A stretch of 64,000 nucleotides of DNA from the human T2T-CHM13v2.0 reference genome, Homo sapiens (GCA_009914755.4 CP068257.2:13632001-13696000); one strand, 5' to 3'. Shown: positions 40,865 to 54,689, counted from the stretch's first letter. Notes: generated from the letters alone by a model not told the origin. Program-made: numbers and translations.

Positions 40865-41589
40865 CATGCTAACATATACAACTAATTTGTTTAATAAATA
40901 TGGGTTCAGTTTTATACATCTTTAACTAGCATCTCATTTCAAAGTCTGTTGTTTTTCCATAAGTGCTATTTGCAGTGCAAATATGTCATTTAGTCAACCC
41001 AGGACAGGCAAGGTACTTGCAAGCATTAAACAAAAAACTGATATCATATCTCTGAGACATATTACATTGCATCATGCTCTCTTTCTGGAACATTTTTCTA
41101 AAATCACAAATTTTTAGGCATCTAGACCAAATACTTCATTTTTATATTGCTATACAAAGAGAATATAGGAGCTATTTCATCATATTTAATATTTTAATAA
41201 GAGCATCTCCAACATGGTTTCACACCATGCATGCATATAGGTCCACCATTGTTCTCCATGAAATATGCTATAAAACTTAAAATAAATTTATCAGTTATGC
41301 TACTACAACACATTCATTTTCTACTTGAGCAAAATATACATAGATGAATAAGCTGTTTCTAGAACTGACTGCGAAAACAAAAGATTCAATAGCAATGAAG
41401 TCTAGAGGTAATAAGGCATGTATAGTAATTAGTTGTAGTTAGACCTCACTGATTCTGAATAAGTAGAAGAAAAAAGAAATGGAAAATGGAAAAAGGGTAA
41501 CCCAGAGAATGAATTAAAGCATGGTTTTCAAACCACGGTCTTGGGACTCCTTTATACAATTACAAATTATTGAGAACTCCCAAGTAGGC

Positions 41590-41740
41590 TTGCTAGATAA
41601 AATATTGGATGACTAGGTAAATTTGAATTTCAAATAAACAGTGAATTAAAAACACAAGTATGTCCCAAGTATTACATGGGACTCATGTATACTAATAAGT
41701 ATTCATATTTATTTGAAATGTAAGTTTATTCTGTGTCTTG
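41590..41740. mobile_element. Palindromic MITE-like element (DNA-transposon relic), low confidence
   Basis: Inverted repeat arms 'aaatttgaatttcaaataaaca' and 'tatttatttgaaatgtaagttt' surround a self-complementary core 'gtatgtcccaagtattacatgggactcatgtatac', resembling a common mammalian palindromic MITE family. Name not resolved. Confidence 0.35.
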
Positions 41741-42079
41741 TATTTTTATTTGGTAAATCTGACAAATCTTATTTCATTTTTTATGCTAGATATATCTGTT
41801 AGTATTTTACATATTATAAATTAAAACAAAAAAAAATTTGTATTCATTGAGTTAAGATAACAATAGACCTATTACATAAGTAACAACTTCATGAAAAATA
41901 TTCATTTTTCCTAAAACAACAAACAAATTGGCATTGTACATTTTTGCCAATCTCTTTAATGTCTAGCTTAATAACAGACAGGTAGATTCTCCTACCTGCG
42001 TTTGCCCTGCGAGTACTGCATTATGTTGCTTTGGTAAAAGTACATGAAAAAAATATGGCCTCACAGATAAATACTTTAG

Positions 42080-42500
<421 letters not shown>

Positions 42501-42544
42501 ATAACTAATAGTTCCTTAAAGGTTAGTTGCAATAAAACGTATGA

Positions 42545-42748
42545 AATCATGGCAGTGAATTTTTCATACTTGGTCATACTAAAATCTGTTTGTCTGTCTT
42601 ATGCTTTGAATGATCTTTTATTCCTGCCTTATTTTTAAAACATCTGAAATCATGGCAGTGAGTTTTTCATACTTGCTAGTACTAAAATCTCTCTGTCTTA
42701 TGCTTTCAATGGATCTTTTATTCCTGCCTTAATTTTATAACATCATGG
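42545..42748. repeat. Tandem duplication, 2 x about 100 bp plus the start of a third copy
   Basis: 'atcatggcagtga(a/g)tttttcatacttg...tactaaaatct...tgtcttatgcttt(g/c)aatg.atcttttattcctgcctta.ttt.aaacatc' occurs at 42545-42647 and 42648-42744 at about 88% identity. It restarts at 42745 ('atcatgg'). Confidence 0.85.
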
Positions 42749-44346
42749 ACATTGGCCATTTGAAAAACAACTGGTTTATTGATTTATGTAGTTCTTTCAA
42801 TGATCTTTACACAGTATTGAAAAAATCACATTTGTTAATATCACCACTAATTTCATAAGAGGAGTCTGTTTAAGTATTAAGAAGATGTCAAGCTCGAGGA
42901 GGTGGATAGAAGTTTCCCAAAATACTAATTTCTGCTTGAAAGTTAAAATTTTATCATTGGCAATAAATCCTAACAATTGTTTTGCTTGAAGTAAATAACC
43001 GGCTCATTTTGATTATTTTTAAATAACATTTCTGCTAAATATGCAAGTCTCAATAACCATAGACATTTTCACAAGTAGAGATGGTGTTCCATAGCAAAAA
43101 AAAGTGGCTCATTCAGCTTGTAACACAAATGACATTTTCCTCATGAGAACTGTCATACACTGGCAAACATACTTTACATGTATTTCCCATGTAAGTACAT
43201 TTTCATCACACAAAATTTTTAAAGTGTATTCACAGGTAAAGGTTTAATGAAAATAATGCTTAATTAAAGAGATTCTTATGTGAAGTCAGCTTTTTAATTT
43301 TCTTTTCCCTATGAGGCTGCGGCAGTGAAGACTACAATGACTGCTGTTACAGTCCGGTGCCGCTACCTCCATTCATACGAAGGTAACAGCGTGATTGCTT
43401 TTCCACCGTCAGTTCCAATGTCAACACAGTAGAAAGACAAATGGCTTCATAATATTATTATGAAAACAGTGTTTAGTTTGTGGATCCTTGGGAAAGTCTT
43501 GGAAATCCCTCCAAGTCTGCAACTCCAGCGTGGAGAACTGCTACTTTAAAAATACAAAACAATTTTGTTGTTTTCAAAAACACTTTAAAGAGCAGGTAGA
43601 TAAAATAAAAAATATCAATATTTCTATGTATGTAATAACTAATGGACTAGATCTAAAAATGTTCTTAAATGTTTATCACCCAGCTGTTTTCTCCTTTTCA
43701 CAAGATTCCCTTATTTAGCACCTCTTTGGGTTGTGGTGTCACCTTCTCATTTGCTCTTCTCTTGCACATCAGTAACTCTGTCCATTGTCATCTATGTACA
43801 AAATGAAATCAACATACATGAGTGCAAGGAGAGCTCACAACTGCTTGGGTAGATCTTGGTTTGTTTAGGGTCTTGGTTTGTTTAAGGTTATACACAATTT
43901 AATGCTATTCGTGCCCCAATGCCATAGTGATACTGCTCTAGCCAACATTCCAGATTCATAAGGCTTATCATTACGATGTTTAAAGCTTAGGATGTAGTCT
44001 CATTGTCCGGATAAGGCTCAAATTCCTTAACAAAGTGTGCAGAGTGCCTCACACCTTGGTCCCAATCCAACCTTTCCTTTATTTTTCTTGTCAACAGTAC
44101 AAGGGCACGCACGCACACACACACAATTCAGCTCCACAACTTGCTATTCCCTAAACATACATTATGCTGCAAGTCCTCTGTCCCAAATGTGTTTCCTCCA
44201 AATTCTCATTTACTTGGCAAATTTCTCCCCAAACAGATCTTTCCTCATAACTCATCTTCTCAAGGAAATCTTCCATGAACATCTTACAAAAAATGTCACT
44301 CATTTCAACATTTCATTCTCTTCACCTCTGCTTTATTTTATTCCTT

Positions 44347-45700
44347 TTATTTTTAGTTGATACATAATAATTATACATGTTTTGGGGGAATACAGAGTGA
44401 TATCTTGATATGTGTGTACAGTATGCAATGATCAAATCAGGGTAATAAGCATATCCATCAATTCAAATATTTACCATTTCTTTGCATTGTGAACATTCAA
44501 AATCCTCTCTTCTAGATTTTCGAGAATATACAATAAATTATGGTTAACCATATTCACCCTACAAGGCTGCGGAACACCAGAACTCATTACTCACATCTAG
44601 ATGTAATTTTGTACCCATTAATTGTTTTCTCCTCGCCCTACCCTCTCCCCTCTTCTTTTCAGCCTCTAATACTCGCAATTCTATTTTCCACTTCTGTGGG
44701 CTCAAATTGTCTTTCATAGCTTCCACATATGAGTGAGAACATGTGGTATTTATCTTTCTGTGCCTATCTTATTTTGTTTAGATTAGTGCCCTCCAGACTC
44801 ACCCACATTGGCACTAATGATAGAATTGCATTCTTTTTTGTGGTTGAATAATATTCTATTGTGTATATATACCACAATTTCTTTATTCATTCATCTGTTG
44901 GTGGACATTTAATTCCATATTTTCCATATTTTAGCTATTGTGAATAGTGCTGCAATAAACATGTGGGTGCACGCATCCCTTTGATATACTTATTTCCTTT
45001 TCTTGGATAAGTAACCAGTAATGGGATTGCTGGATCATAAGGTAGGTCTGTTTTCGGCTTTTTGAGAAATCTCCACACTGTTTTCTATCATGGCTGTACA
45101 AAGTTAGATTCCCACTAATAATATATGAGTCCCAGCATTTGTTATTTCTTGTTTTTGTGATAATATCCACTCTGACTTGGGTGAAATGATATCTCATTTT
45201 GGTTTTGATTTGCTTTTCCCCAATGATTAGTGATGTTGAACTTTTTTTTTCATATATTTGTTGGCTAAGTGTATATCTTCTTTTGAGAAATGTCTATTGA
45301 GATTCTTTCCCCCCTTTAATCAGATTATGTATTTATTTTGCTGTTGAGATGTTTGAGTTTCTTGTATAATCTGGGTATTAGTTCTTTGTTGGATAAATAG
45401 TTTGCAAATATTTTCTACAGGTTGTCTCTTCACTCTGTCGATTGTTTCCTTTACTATGCAGAAGCTTTTCAGTTTAGTATAGCCCCATTTGTCTATTGTT
45501 ACTTGTGTTGCCTGTGCTTTTGATATCTTTGCCATAAAATATTTGCCTAGACCTGTGTTCTGAAGCATTTCTCTCGTGTTTTTGTCTAGTGGTTTTATAG
45601 TTCGAGGTCTTTAAGTTTTTAATTCATTTTTGTTTACAGTGATCTCTATTTTATCTTTTATTCTCACTTCTTATATATCATATATTATTTATCTTGATTA
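44347..45700 (-). mobile_element. L1 (L1PB / old L1PA-like) 3' region, about 1.35 kb, antisense
   Basis: 'tagttgatacataataattatacatgttttgggggaatacagagtgatatcttgatatgtgtgtacagtatgcaatgatcaaatcagggtaataagcatatccatcaattcaaatatttaccatttctttg...agcttccacatatgagtgagaacatgtggtatttatctttctgtgcc...tagctattgtgaatagtgctgcaataaacatg...ggattgctggatcataaggtag...aaatctccacactgttttc...ggttttgatttgcttttccccaatgattagtgatgttgaac...tagtttgcaaatattttctacaggttgtctcttcactctgtcgattgtttcc' are reverse-complement ORF2 C-terminus and 3'UTR landmarks. Confidence 0.8.
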
Positions 45701-45831
45701 ATTTCTTGCCCACTAGAGGATATGTATTATGGGGGCAGAGATTTTTGCTTGCATTTTGCCCACAATGGTACCTTCTGTACTTACTGGTGTTTTCTTGGTA
45801 TTTGTAGGTACTCGGTAAATATTTGCTGAGT

Positions 45832-46118
45832 GGGCCAAGTGTGGTGGCACACACCTGTAATCTCAGCACTTAGAGAGGCTGAGGCAGGAAGATTGAGAGC
45901 CCAAGAGCTCTAGACCAGCATGGGCAACATAGTAAGACCTCGTCTCTACAAAAAATAATTTTTAAAAAATTATATGCTTGTGGTGGCACATATCTGTAGT
46001 CCCAGCTATTCAGGAGGCTGAGGTGGGAGGGTCCTTGAACCCAGGAGGTCAAAACTACAGTGAGTTGAGATTGTGCTACTGCACTCCAGCCCGGATGACA
46101 GAGCAAGACCTTGCCTCC
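45832..46118 (+). mobile_element. Alu SINE (old, AluJ-like), sense, no A-tail retained
   Basis: 'gggccaagtgtggtggcacacacctgtaatctcagcacttagagaggctgaggcaggaagattgagagcccaagagctctagaccagcatgggcaacatagtaagacctcgtctctacaaaaaataatttttaaaaaattatatgcttgtggtggcacatatctgtagtcccagctattcaggaggctgaggtgggagggtccttgaacccaggaggtcaaaactacagtgagttgagattgtgctactgcactccagcccggatgacagagcaagaccttgcctcc'. Heavily diverged, and inserted into a MIR/L1-flank-like 'aaatatttg...ttgttgaatgaataaagg' context. Confidence 0.85.
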
Positions 46119-49100
46119 AATATATTCATTTGTTGAATGAATAAAGGATGTCATATAGCACCTCTATTAGCTTCCTTCACCTCAGAAAGTCAAATTTAGG
46201 CACATTTTTCTTTCTTCTCTATTCCACACTACATACAGCAGTATACCATTTGCCACTTTTTTTTTAAATTTTAACTCTTAAAAAGTAGAATTTCTAGCAG
46301 ACTCCACACACTTTAACATATGTGATTTGTTTTATTCCTCCTCAGCTGTTGTTGCAGTGGCTGACACTAGGTAGGTATTTTATAAACATCTGTCGAAAAC
46401 TGAGTGAAATACTGTGAGGCAGTTAAAACCAAAAGTGTAGAATAATTTGGAGCTTGCACAAAATAAGATGCCTTATACAACTGGTTAAGTAAAATAATAA
46501 TATTGAATGGCCTTCTCAACATGGTGCAGAACTATTGTTCCCAGAAATAAATAGAATATGTAATGCCCCTTTCTAAGTTCCAACATGATTAATATTAAAC
46601 TAGGCTGCCATGAACCAAAATTTTTCCAGAGTTGCTCTCTTCCAACGTCTCCTGTAGTTTAGCCATCCTCCGTCTTACTACCTCCCTTACTACGCCCATG
46701 AGAGAAGATCGGATCTCAATCAGTTGTCCTTTTGCTTTATAGTGCTATTTTTATTCTTTAAACTTTAACTCATTTATAGAGTAGCTTTTTCTCCTTAAAG
46801 TAATTTCAGACACCAGCCACCAAGGGGGTATTTGTCAGATCTTCCCTTAACCAATGAAGTCATGCTATATGAATGCTGTTCTTGAGGGTGAGTCTGATTT
46901 ATTCAATTCATTAGTCATGAGAAAATGCTTATATCTTCTAATATCATGATCCACATTCTATTTAATAAATAGAATTGATAATTTTACCTAAAGGAGTTAC
47001 AAAAAAAAAAAAAAAAACATTAAATGTCCAGATATCTAGTTACTACAAGCCCTCCAGAATGTAGAGAAACTATTCTAGGAGTGAGAGGGAGCAGGAAAGG
47101 TCAGGGGACAGAAGGAGCAGCTGCATGAGCTGTTTGAGGACCCAGTGGGTTCTTGGAGTCTGAGAAAGGACTGGAGAGGTGAAAGGGTACTGGCAAGAGT
47201 CAGAGACCATCAGCCTGGGGCCAGAGAGGTCAGATCTCTGAACAACATGTGTCTGTGAGAGAGTGTCTACCTACAGTGACGACTGAACTAAATGGTTTCC
47301 TCTCCACCTTGATCCTGATTACAGAAGTAGAAGAACTAACTGTGGAAAGGAGGAAAGTGAAAATTTAAGGTTTGACTGTATGAAATTAATAGTCATTTAT
47401 GTAAATGCTGTGTAGTTTGTTGTTTTTTCATTTGACAATAACAATGTGCATATGATTAAATGTGCTTTGTTGACTATTGTAAGTTTTAATTTGATAAAAA
47501 TTGCTCATGCTTGCAGAGTCTGCTCTTAACAAACATCATGTTGTCTCTATAATTTTAAAGAATAGATGAATTGTCACAAAAATATTTCATACTTAGTCAT
47601 TTACTCCCAGATGAAAGTTGGATGCTTTATGGAAAATGTTACAGTAAAAGAGGGTATTTATGTTTCAGATAGTCTTTTTGTATTTTGTTTGCATTTAATG
47701 ATGCCTGTTAAAGTATTCCTGGGTGACCTTTATGATCTTGCTGTTCAGTTTTAGGTTTCAGTGATTGAAGTCCTTGAAAATATGTACCTAAGTCTATGCA
47801 ATTTTCAACACATCTTCTGTAGAGTCAAAATATGGCCTATAATATGACTTTTGTTATCCACTGCATAAATCTGAAATTGAAGGTAGGAGGTTTCAACTTT
47901 CAAAAATTTTTCATCTACCCTGGCTTCTGTAACTTTCATCATTGGAAATGTGTGGTATAAACTGTCAATTCCGCAGTCACTACTAAACTGGCATGGTTTG
48001 TAATAATACTATTTAAGGTGCTCATCAAGGGAGTAAATGTAGCCTGTTTTGAATTAGGAAATGTTAGAAAAGAAGGTGTTAACATTTTCAGAGATCAGCC
48101 TTCAACTTTGAAAATACTCTTGGCAAAATACTGACTGAGTTCATTGGTCCATTAAGCTGTATCTTTCTGTCTGAATCAGCTTTCCATTTGAATATTGACA
48201 AAAAGGATGACCTTGTGTTCTGACCTTTTAACCCCACGAAGCTAATCCTGCTTTTATTCCAAAAGGGAGGATGGGACAGTGGATGTCCTAATGCTCCCAT
48301 TGTATTCCAAATTTATAAACAGGTCCTTTGCCGTTTTAATAAAAATTATTAACACAATAACAACTTAGAATTCCACATGTCCTAATTTGCAGTTCCACCA
48401 TATTTAGCATGAAATGTTGTGCTGCACAATATGTTATTAAAATCAATTGTCATAGAAGTAAAAGATGCACATGAACATCATTGCCCATCAAATCAATAAG
48501 CAATAAAATGAAACGGGTATATAGGGCATTGCCCTTTACTGAATCAAACAAGCTGGATTTTCCCCCAACAGCCCTGTGAGACTATTGAACTCAGTCATAA
48601 ACTAATCAGGGATTTTACCAGTGGTTTCAGAATAAAAAGGAAAAATACTCTCCTTCATCCCTGACAACCTAACCTTTGGTGCTGATCAGTTGAAATAAGA
48701 CATAATGCTCAAGAAAAGATGTATCTGGAGGGTCATCTCATGTGGAGGCTGAAGGTCATTTCCAACAAAGCAATCAAATATCTAATAAAACCTCAAGATC
48801 ACATCTTTGGCATATAGGCAAGCAGAATAAACTAGATAAGAGTGAAAAAACTTAGAATCCTGTATCTGTGGTAAGAGATGGTTCTCTAAGCATCAATGTG
48901 GAGATTGGCAAATATTCATTAAACCTGACATTGCTTAATATAACTAATAAAAAATTAATACATTGAGATCACATCAATTTATGAAATGAGGAAAAACAGT
49001 TGTTTTTTTAACTCATCATTGAAAAAGTACACTTTTATAAAAATACTATGAACTTCTTTTAATATTTTGATTAATTTGAATTTCTGATTGGCCCCACAAA

Positions 49101-49505
49101 GATTAACTCTACTGTAATTTTAGAATAAACCAGTCTCTTTTTATTGGACAAGTCATCACCATTTATCGGAGAACATGAAAATAGGTAAAATGAATTTTAA
49201 TTTATTCAAGTCAGCATGAAAAATAAAATTAAAAATAAAAATAAATTTGCTTTCAAAAACGTCTTACATTGTTTTTAGGTTTGGGTATTGGTAAGTGCAA
49301 ATCTATTGTTCACATGTGTTGGCAATTTAAAGATCTGATTTAAAATAGTTTAGAAAAAATCAAAGAAAAACCCTGAATAAAAGATGGTTTAAAATATTTG
49401 TTTTATATATATACTCATATAAATAAACTCATTTTTTTCTTCATCAGTCACTGAATTTGTGAATCATATTACATAGACTGGCCTTAAAGTTGCAGACAAA
49501 CATAC

Positions 49506-51700
49506 TGATGGCAGCAGCAGGCTGTCTGGAGCAGCCGCTACCACCATGCCTGCTGCAGTGAAGAGGTGCAAGCATAGGGGGTGGGATCGGCTGTGGGGGG
49601 ACCACTGTGCCCTGCGTCCCCTGTGCCCTGCATCCCCAAGGCAGCCAACTGGGCTGCCCCCACCTTCGTGTGGCCAGGCGGGACCCACCTCCAGGCCCAG
49701 AGCCTCAGTTCCTCCAGACCCTGGCCCAGCATTGCCAATCTCACCTGCTGCCACTGCAGGGAGGGTGTCGGAAGAGGTGGACAGTTCCTGGAACCCACTG
49801 CCCTGGGGGCCATCACAATGGGGCTGGGTCGAGTTGCCCACCAGCTGTGAAGCAGCAGGTTGGACAGAGAGGGGCCCTGAGGTGAAGCTGGGCACAGGAC
49901 AGTGCCCTGCTTGCACAAAGAGTGTGGGTTCTCTGGGCTGTATATGCCCTGCTTGGGGGACCTGGCCAGTGGTGCAGTCACTGTGCCCATTCCAAGGGTT
50001 CTGGGTTTCTCCATCTCAGGAGCAGGCTCTGTGCAGGGCCACCTGGGGCCATGTCCCCAGGGTCCACCTGGCATTGGGGTGATCTTCAGGCCTGATACTC
50101 CTGATGTCCAGGCCTGAGGCCTGCAATCCACTCTTGGAGGTGCCCCATGGCAGGGCTGCGAGCCAGGCAGGACCAGAGCCTCACTGCAGTCTGAACTCCT
50201 GGGGGCCTGGGAAGGTCCCCTGCTACCCCCACAGGCTTGGGTGTTTCTGCTCCCTCTGCCTGGCTCTCCCCATTCCTGGCACCTGCACCAAACTTGGATT
50301 AAAGTTGGGGCCAAGGCCGGGTGTTGTCACAGCCTGGCCAGGTGTGCACACACTCAGGGCAGCACTGACATGCCAGGTCCCTGCCATCTTAGACTCCCTC
50401 CATATTTTGAGCACTGATGAGTGCAGGGGAGGCAGGGCAAGCCAATGGGGAACTAAGGGCAGCTCAGCACTGGCCTTCAGGCACCCCAGGGTGTGAGCAG
50501 TGTGGGTGCCATGGATGGGGGCAGGAGCTAGACAGGCTCCTGGGCAGAAGAGGGTAGGTCCCTAGTGAAGCCCCACCTTCAGGCCAGGTAGGGCTTGAAG
50601 TCTGGGGCCTGGGCTGTTAGCCCTGTGGAACAAAGTGGGAACTCACGGTGCCTTTACTAGGCCTGCGTCTGGCCTCCCATGGACCAGTTGGCATGCACTT
50701 CCTCCCCTCTGAGGCCCATAAAAGCCCCAGGCTCAGCCAGAGCTGAGTGGAGGGTGGAGAGAGGACAGGACAACAAGCTGCAGAGAGGAGCTACCCTCTC
50801 TGCTGAGAGCTGCAGAGATGACTGGACGACTTGCCTGCAGAGGTGAGCCACCCACTCTAGGGCCTCCTCTCTGCAAAGAACTGCAGATGATGGGATGATC
50901 AGCTGCAGAGAGGAGCTATCCTCTCTGCTGAGAACTGAGCACTTGTTTGGGTGATCTGCCTGCAGAGAGGAGCTACCCTGTCTGCTATGAGCTGAACACT
51001 TGTTGGGGACACCCTGGCTATAAAAAGGAGCTGCCCATTGCAGGTCTCCTCTGAGCTGTTCTGTTGCTCAGTAAAGCTCCTCTTTGTCTTGCTCACCCTC
51101 CACTTGTCTGTGTACCTCATTCTTCCTGGTTACAGGACAAGAACTCAGGAACTTCCAAATGGAAGACTAACAGAGCTGTAACACAAACAGAGCTAAACAT
51201 GCCCCTTGCTCACCATGCTGCAGAAGAAGAGAAGGAGAGAAGAGCTGCAGTCCTTCAGGGAGCCCAGACCTGGGAGATCCCTGAGCCAAGGCTGTGACTC
51301 CCTCTTTGGGGCTTTGTAGTTCCGGGTGCCTCCAAGCTTCTGGGTGCCACTGCATTCCCTGGGGCCAGATTGGGAAGCTGCTTGTGGTGCACCTGGTCCA
51401 GCCACAGCCTCATAGAGAGCTGGCTTCTATGCTGAGACCTGGATCTGCCAACCCCACAGCAGCAGCATGTCTGCTGCACAGTGGCCAGACCCCATGTTCA
51501 CACACACACCCAGTGCTGCTCCATGCCTGACTCCAGTCTCCCTTGGAGGTGTGGGATCCAAACTGATAGCATGAACTGAGTGCAGCCTGCTAGGGTGAGT
51601 GGATGGAACTAGTCCAGCCAGCCTGAGCAAAACTGGGGCAAAGGTGCCATCGGCCACAGGTTTCTGGCTAGAAAAGAGACACCCCAAAGATTCCATAACA
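49506..51700 (+). mobile_element. GC-rich LTR-type retroelement, copy B (about 1.65-kb LTR-like body with U3 tandem repeats, TATA box, R/U5-like poly(A) signal, plus about 0.55-kb adjacent segment); family unnamed
   Basis: Inverted homolog of 12630-14284 at about 80% identity. It has four 57-bp tandem units 'ctgcagagaggagctaccctctctgctgagagctg...' at 50778-51005, immediately upstream of 'ggctataaaaaggagctgcccattgcaggtctcc' (TATA at 51019-51026). 'ttgctcagtaaagctcctctttgtcttgctcaccc' follows, with an AGTAAA poly(A)-signal variant at 51070-51075. This layout is a textbook U3-R-U5 LTR. The overlapping ORFs of 150-258 aa at 49464-50496 are spurious GC-rich frames. Confidence 0.5.
51019..51026 (+). 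promoter_or_regulatory. LTR-internal TATA box (TATAAAAA) with an upstream 4 x 57-bp enhancer-like repeat
   Basis: Seen directly; it sits 45-50 bp upstream of the R-region-like 'gctcagtaaagctcc'. Function is not demonstrated. Confidence 0.3.
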
Positions 51701-54689
51701 ATGTCACTATAAAACAAACAACTCAACCTTACATTAAATTCTTCCTTAACTCCTCCATAACATCCACTTTTCCTCTGTCAAATTAAAGTTCTGGAAACTT
51801 TTTTATGGCAAACCATGATTGATGAAGCTCCTGTCTCCCAAATTTTCATGGTGATAATTTATATTTATTAATATATGTTATTTGTAGACTCTCCCTGAGA
51901 TTTATGTCTTCACCTTCTTCTACATTTCACTGAGACATCTGCTTAAATAAGTCTTTGGAGCCCTTTGTTTATTGTTAGATATTTTTAGAGACCACATTAA
52001 CGTATTAAGACTAATAAAATTATTTTTACTAAACACTGCCTAAAAGCCCCAAACCATGTAATTCCATCTGAAAGAGAATAAAAATCACTTTTGCATTACA
52101 CAAGTCACAACTTACTTGATTGCCTATTGCCACTTTAAAGCTGATTAACTTGTTCATTTTTATTCTGGAATTTTCTAGATGGTAGATAAATGGCATGGAT
52201 TTTTAAGTGTCCTTCACTCTATTTCAGAGTCACTATTTGGTACAATCCTTGAAAGAGAGCATTTTTATATTGGCAATTATCCCCATATATCATTGAACTT
52301 AATCTTTGGGAATTGAAACTCAATCATTTTTTCATATGACTATTAATTGTATTTGTTCAAGATACTGTAATTTAAGAAGAGTGAAATTTTGTGAAACATG
52401 ATAATTTCTACTTAAAATACATTCATTATTCAGCTAATAATGAAAAAACAGGAGTGTTTGCTCTTCTTGCTAACATTTTGAGAATTCTATTCACATATCC
52501 CACTAGTAATGTACCTTTGTTATTATAAACTATGATTACTGAAGGACTTGAGTTTGAAGCAGCACACTGACAAAGGGAATGGCAATTGTTTTTGCATGTG
52601 CTCTGTGTTTGATTTGGATCCCAATCACTTGAAGCATGGGCTTGTGTTATGAACACAAGCAGATTCAGTATTCAACATCCTAATGCAGTAAAAACAAAAT
52701 CACATTCATGTAAAGTGGAGATGTTTCAAGAAGTATGTGATCTCTTATGTGGCAGTTTGAAATCTTGGCCATGATATTCAGGGCTCCCTTTAGAACAGAG
52801 TAGTAGACAGATCATCTCTCTGTAGAATTCATTATTACGAAATGGAACATTATTTGTTGGGGAGTGATACTAAGTCCTGATCTTGAATAAAAACTGAAGC
52901 AATTTCGTTGGCACAATATGGATTTTCCATGAGTCTGTTTTTTAGATAATGCATTCTGCAGGATCAAGATGAGACTGCATTAGGTACTTCATGTAAAGCA
53001 AGAAAAATTTGTGTTTTACTATATTTCCAAACATACTAATATTTGGAATAGGAATATAGCTCTTGGGAAAAATAGTTCTGGTTATTTAATATACGAAGTT
53101 TGAAAATCAATAGAAAGTAAACCAAGTCATGTGTTGTAAAATGTATTAAAATTATTTTTTCTATATTTTAATCCAAAAGCAATGGTTTTCTTTGTTAAAC
53201 AAAAATATGGACAACACAGAAAAGGACCAGGTATAAAGTAAAATTTAAACATACTCTGACACAGAAAGAGCACTACTATAAAGTTATGATATTGTTTTAT
53301 AGTATTTTTTCTTCTGTCTATAGTACACACATATATACATTAATAATTTATGGATTTGGGGGGACACTGTAAATAATGGATATTTTGAATTATTTGGATT
53401 CATTTGCCATTTATTCCCTTCCTAATGAGTCTGAATTTCCTATTTCAATATCACCTTATCATTGTGTATTGTCTTGGTGGAATCCTAAATTAAGAAGCCT
53501 TTTCCATCCCCAACCAAGGAACTGACAACTGACCCAAGACAGAGCAATTAAGTCTCTCCCAAGATTGTGGATCTTGAGTGAAGTGACAGAAAGATGGGTG
53601 GGATGGAGGTGGAGGATACAAAACATGGGGGGCTCATTTGTCTCCACAGATAAGATGGAAAACATGGTTGAGTAGTTTTCTGCTCTATTTCCTGATTTAT
53701 GTCTTACCCTGCTTCTTGGATTTCTTTGTCTATATTCTCTTGCCTACTTGAGCCAAAGCTGGGTTTTGTGCTTACAACCAAAAAACTCTACCTTATACAT
53801 TCAGCACACATTTTTTTAAACTTGCTTATTTCACATCTATATGTTTTGACTCTAGCATATACATATATTTTTGCCACAATAAATTGTACTACAGTGCACA
53901 TCTTTAGATATAAATATTCACATACAACACTGATGATTTCTATAGGTTAAATTTCTAGAAATAGAATTACTAATCATAGTATGCTCATTTTTTAAGTCTT
54001 TTTATTTATATTGACCAGTTGTACCAAAAAATTGTTATGCCAATCATGAGAACGTCAACCTCTCTATATTCTTTCCAAAATTTTTACCTTATTGCCAATT
54101 TGATAAGAAAAATACTTTATATCTTAAATTTTCATTCTTAATTGTTAGTAAGTTGAAAACATTCTTTTTTCAGTCATAAAGTGTCTTCTATGAATTATTT
54201 TCTGTAAATATTTTTACCTATTTTTTTACTGCTCAATGTGTTTCCATTTTATTTATTTGTAAGAGCTCTTTATATGTTAAAGACATTAAATTTTAGATAA
54301 AATATATTTCAAATATTTTTATAATTTGTCATTCAACTTAATATGTTAAGTATTTTTGGCATATAAGAACTTAATTTAATAATCAAACTTTTTAATCACT
54401 TCCTTTTATGTTTCTTATCATAACTGATGGTCATTGAAAAGCCTCCCTACCAAAACTGCATAGATATTCATATTTATGAAATTGAAACAATGTTTGCTCA
54501 TTTTAAAATTAATTTTACCTTACTTGACAATTATTTTAAAATATCACATGAGGTGGCAATTTCATGTTATTCTTTATAACTGCTTAATTAGATATCCCAA
54601 TATGTATCTATTGATTACATGTAAATAATAAGTTTTGAATAATTATTCCTTTCTAATTTATTTAAAATGTCCTCTTTATCATATAGTGC

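Noticed and set aside
49464-50496. The longest ORFs of the window (258 aa on the minus strand at 49538-50314, plus 178/150/130-aa overlapping frames on both strands)
   Set aside because: They lie entirely inside the GC-rich LTR-type element copy B. Overlapping open frames on both strands are the expected statistical consequence of about 65% GC. The translations are Pro/Gly/Ala/Ser/Arg-rich low complexity with no recognisable domain. The homologous copy A (ORFs at 12599-14211, including the 170-aa one) has different frame breaks, so no frame is conserved between copies.
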